From the NCBI GenBank assembly GCA_035084275.1, contig CM068744.1:84382001-84446000 (forward strand): DNA of 64,000 bases, written 5' to 3'. Shown here one piece after another: positions 61,105 through 64,000 of the stretch. The DNA is from Hydrolagus colliei (lineage: Eukaryota). The notes under the pieces are model-generated. The model worked only from the letters and a program-made list of their open reading frames with translations. It was not told where the DNA came from and searched no databases. How positions within the stretch are numbered: position 1 is the stretch's first letter; each line of letters opens with the position of its first letter. A program made the translations under genes and the position numbers.

Positions 61105-61240
61105 GGCTAAATACTGCAGATGCTGGAAATATGAAATAAAAACAGAACCTCTGGAATATGAAATAAAAACAAAACACTCAGTAGGTCAGTCAGCATCTAT
61201 TGAGAGAGTTAACGTTTCAGGTCAATGACCTTTCACCGGA
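61105..61240 (-). mobile_element. Penelope-like terminal repeat fragment with hammerhead relic
   Basis: ATACTGCAGATGCTGGAAAT...CTCAGTAGGTCAG...AACGTTTCAGGTCAATGACCTTTCACC. Confidence 0.75.
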
Positions 61241-61769
61241 TATAATGTTTAGTCTTTATTTCAAAGCAATGAGGTACAGGAGAAAAAAGAGAGGAATGAT
61301 CCGAGGAGAAATACTACATGCTATTTCATATGTTTATTAGTAAGTAACATATTTGTAATATTTGAGATATTTTGTAGACACAATTTGGATGACCAGTGGG
61401 TATTATTTGTATTGTTAGGATTCCACTGATGGTTAGTAATGATTGGACATTGCCAGTAAAGGAATGCAATTGTCTAACAAGGTAGGAGCAGTAACTCCCT
61501 CTAATCAGTCCACCACCCACAGATAATAGCTTTTACAATAGATTAAATTTAGTGTTGGATGGGCTTAGTTAGAAACCACATACTCTGAGACACTATCCTG
61601 TGTGAAGTGCACTCTATAAATGTTGTACTGCGTTTTCTAAATCTTAATGTTAGGTTTTGTGGGGGTGGGTGTGAGGAGAAGAAAACTGGAGGAATGTCTT
61701 GCCTCTTTTTAAATGTTATGAATTTAAAGTTTCACTATTAAACTCCTTAATATAGAAAACAGATATATC

Positions 61770-62083
61770 ATAATAATAATAATAATCTTTCCATTTGATA
61801 TAGCACTTTTCACGTCTTCTAGATGTCTCAAAACGCTTCACAGAATATACTGTAAAGCGAATTGACTGTACATTCATGGGTGAAATGCGGCAGCCAATTG
61901 TGCTCAGCAGTGTCCCACAAACAGTCATAGATTGAAAGACCAATTTATTTTTTTAAATTCCAAGGGATTATTATCCGGCATGTGGAGTAAGGAAACTTGG
62001 CCAAGGCTTTGCCCTGTTTAGAGTCGAATCCGGGTCTCTTGTTTTCAAGGTGAATGCTCTAACCACTCAGATGCAGGACTTCA
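61770..62083 (-). mobile_element. tRNA-derived SINE (main family)
   Basis: Full head, body and tail. Confidence 0.9.
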
Positions 62084-62578
62084 CGTATGTCCCATAGTTA
62101 CCACTAACAGGAACATATCACTTGTTGTTGACTCCTATTAGAATGATGAATCAAGTAGTTCAGTATAAAATAATGTTTAATGTGAGTAAGTGTGAATGAT
62201 AAAGGAGAGATAATACATATTAATTATTGTTATCAATATACCATTCATTAAGATTGCCACCCCCATTAATAGCTAATGCATCTAAGTTACTATTGATGAC
62301 ACAATTCTTTCTGTACTCAGATCACCGATATGAACTACTACATGCTTGTACTGCAGCTTAGATCATTCCTATCACACCTGATTTCCTTTATAAACTGTGT
62401 AGGCTCTGTTGACCTGAGCGATGAAGGATGTCAAACCGAGATCCTATTTATCTTAATCTACAAAAGGCTTGGAATACACCCAATATAACACTCAAACTCT
62501 AGATTTTCCTTGCCAAAGGCATCTGTAATGTCTTCTTTTCTTACTCCTTTTTCAAACTTGCCATTGTGACAGTTAATT

Positions 62579-62782
62579 TATAATCCTTGCATTTGATATG
62601 GCATTTTTCACATATTTTAGATGTCTCAAAGAGCTTCACAGAATATACTGTAAAGTAAATTAACTGTATATTTGTGGGTGATATGCGGCAGCTAACTGTG
62701 CATAGCATTGAAATGACCAATTTTTTATTATTATTAGGCATGTGGAGCAAGGAAACTTGCCTAAGGTTTTGCCCTGCTTGGA
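62579..62782 (-). mobile_element. SINE main family, head missing
   Basis: Tail through to GGAAACTTGCCTAAGGTTTTGCCCTG. Confidence 0.85.
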
Positions 62783-63762
62783 TCTATTAAATGATGGCAA
62801 CAGGCAGCTCATCTCTTCTGACTCCACCCACATAGCCGCCACTTTAAACAGGTCGTGAATCAACTACCCCTGCATGTCTGAAGAACCCAAATGCCAACTG
62901 CACTACCCCAACTGTACCCTGGCAACACCAAGTGTACCTAAGTGAAGACGGGAAATTGATTCGCTACCTCTCACATTCTAAAGGCGTTCGAACACATTCT
63001 GAAATGCATTCCTCATTATAAGTTCTGCACTGGGGAAAAAATATATTTTCACTGATGATTTCATGTTTCAGATTTTCCTTAGAAAGACAAAGGGGAGGGG
63101 GCAAACTTTGAAAGTGCAAAGCATTGTAGAACTGTAAAAAAAACCCCTTCAGATTAATACGCTAGACTTACTTATTCAGTGTGCTACCTTGTTGTTCCAA
63201 TCTCTTCATAAAACACTGGGGAGGATGAGCTCCTCAGAGTCTTGCCCTCAGGGTCAATGCATACTGCTGGGAGATCCAGCTACAGTACCAATTTCACATA
63301 CTTTACTGTGATTGTATTCAACCACTTGAAGTACCTCAGAATGTAGTCAAGAGGTCAAGAGGCTGCAAAGGCTGAAAATGATCAAAATTTAGCATTGATC
63401 TGTAGCTGTCAAGTGCTGATGTGAGTTGGACTACAGAGGCAACACAGGAAGCTTGCCAAAGAAATGTGTGCAGAACATTGCTTTTGGTTCCTAACCCTTT
63501 TACACCTTAAGTGATTGGTACCAAGTATGTGATAATGATCCTTTTTTGTTGTTTTATGTGAACACAACATTATTTTAACTTTGATTTACTTCCAATTCTG
63601 AGATTTCTGTCTTTCTCAGTTAGGAGAGAGGGGGGTATGGTGGGGAGGGGGAGAGGGGGGCTGAGGGGGGAAGGGATAGGATGGGAAAGGGAAGAGTGAG
63701 AAATCATCTGAGTCAAAGGCTCTGCCATGCCTGGCATCCATACTGATCACTGCTTCTTGGAA

Positions 63763-64000
63763 AGTAATAATAATAATAATACTACTGATCCTTGCATTTG
63801 ACATAGCACTTTACATGTATTTCAGATGTCTCAAAGCGCTTCAAAGAATATACTGTAAAATGAATTGACTGTATGTGGGCGAAATGCGGCAGCCAATTTT
63901 GCACAGCAGTGTCCCACAAATAGTTGTGGATTGAAATGGCAAATTGTTTTTTCGAGGGATTATTATCAGGCATGTGGAGTAAGGAAACTTGCCCAAGGTT
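63763..64000 (-). mobile_element. SINE main family, cut by the window end
   Basis: Tail and body match the other copies. Confidence 0.88.

Noticed and set aside
1-64000. CRISPR arrays, operons or prokaryotic defence systems
   Set aside because: Sequence is intron-exon vertebrate DNA; no regularly spaced repeat-spacer array seen
49399-64000. Further USH2A exons upstream of exon 62
   Set aside because: No FN3-like frame with splice sites was found; the next exon is probably beyond the window, though a very short exon could be missed by eye

Overview
Vertebrate genomic DNA, not prokaryotic. The repeat landscape (CR1, L2, tRNA-derived/Deu-type SINEs, LF-SINE-like, Penelope) suggests a cartilaginous fish, possibly a chimaera; this is inference. 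The window holds the convergent 3' ends of two genes, in the same tail-to-tail arrangement as human 1q41. KCTD3 is on + (last six coding exons, 1602-7821). USH2A/usherin is on - (exons equivalent to human 62-72, 49398 down to the stop at 15867: fibronectin-III repeats, TM helix, cytoplasmic tail ending in the PDZ-binding motif DTQL). Exon boundaries were read by hand and all are GT-AG with consistent phase; human exon numbers are from memory. The best leads are in the usherin cytoplasmic tail: an intact 72-nt exon matching the inner-ear-enriched mouse 'exon 71' (18610-18681), and a second candidate in-frame 105-nt cassette exon I do not recognise (20872-20976). Other leads are decayed minimal hammerhead ribozymes in Penelope repeats, a ~440-bp palindrome, a ~93-nt hairpin, three TA-flanked MITE families and several nested insertions with readable TSDs. 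Most short ORFs in the supplied track are repeat-derived or chance. I see no evidence for a wholly new multi-gene system.
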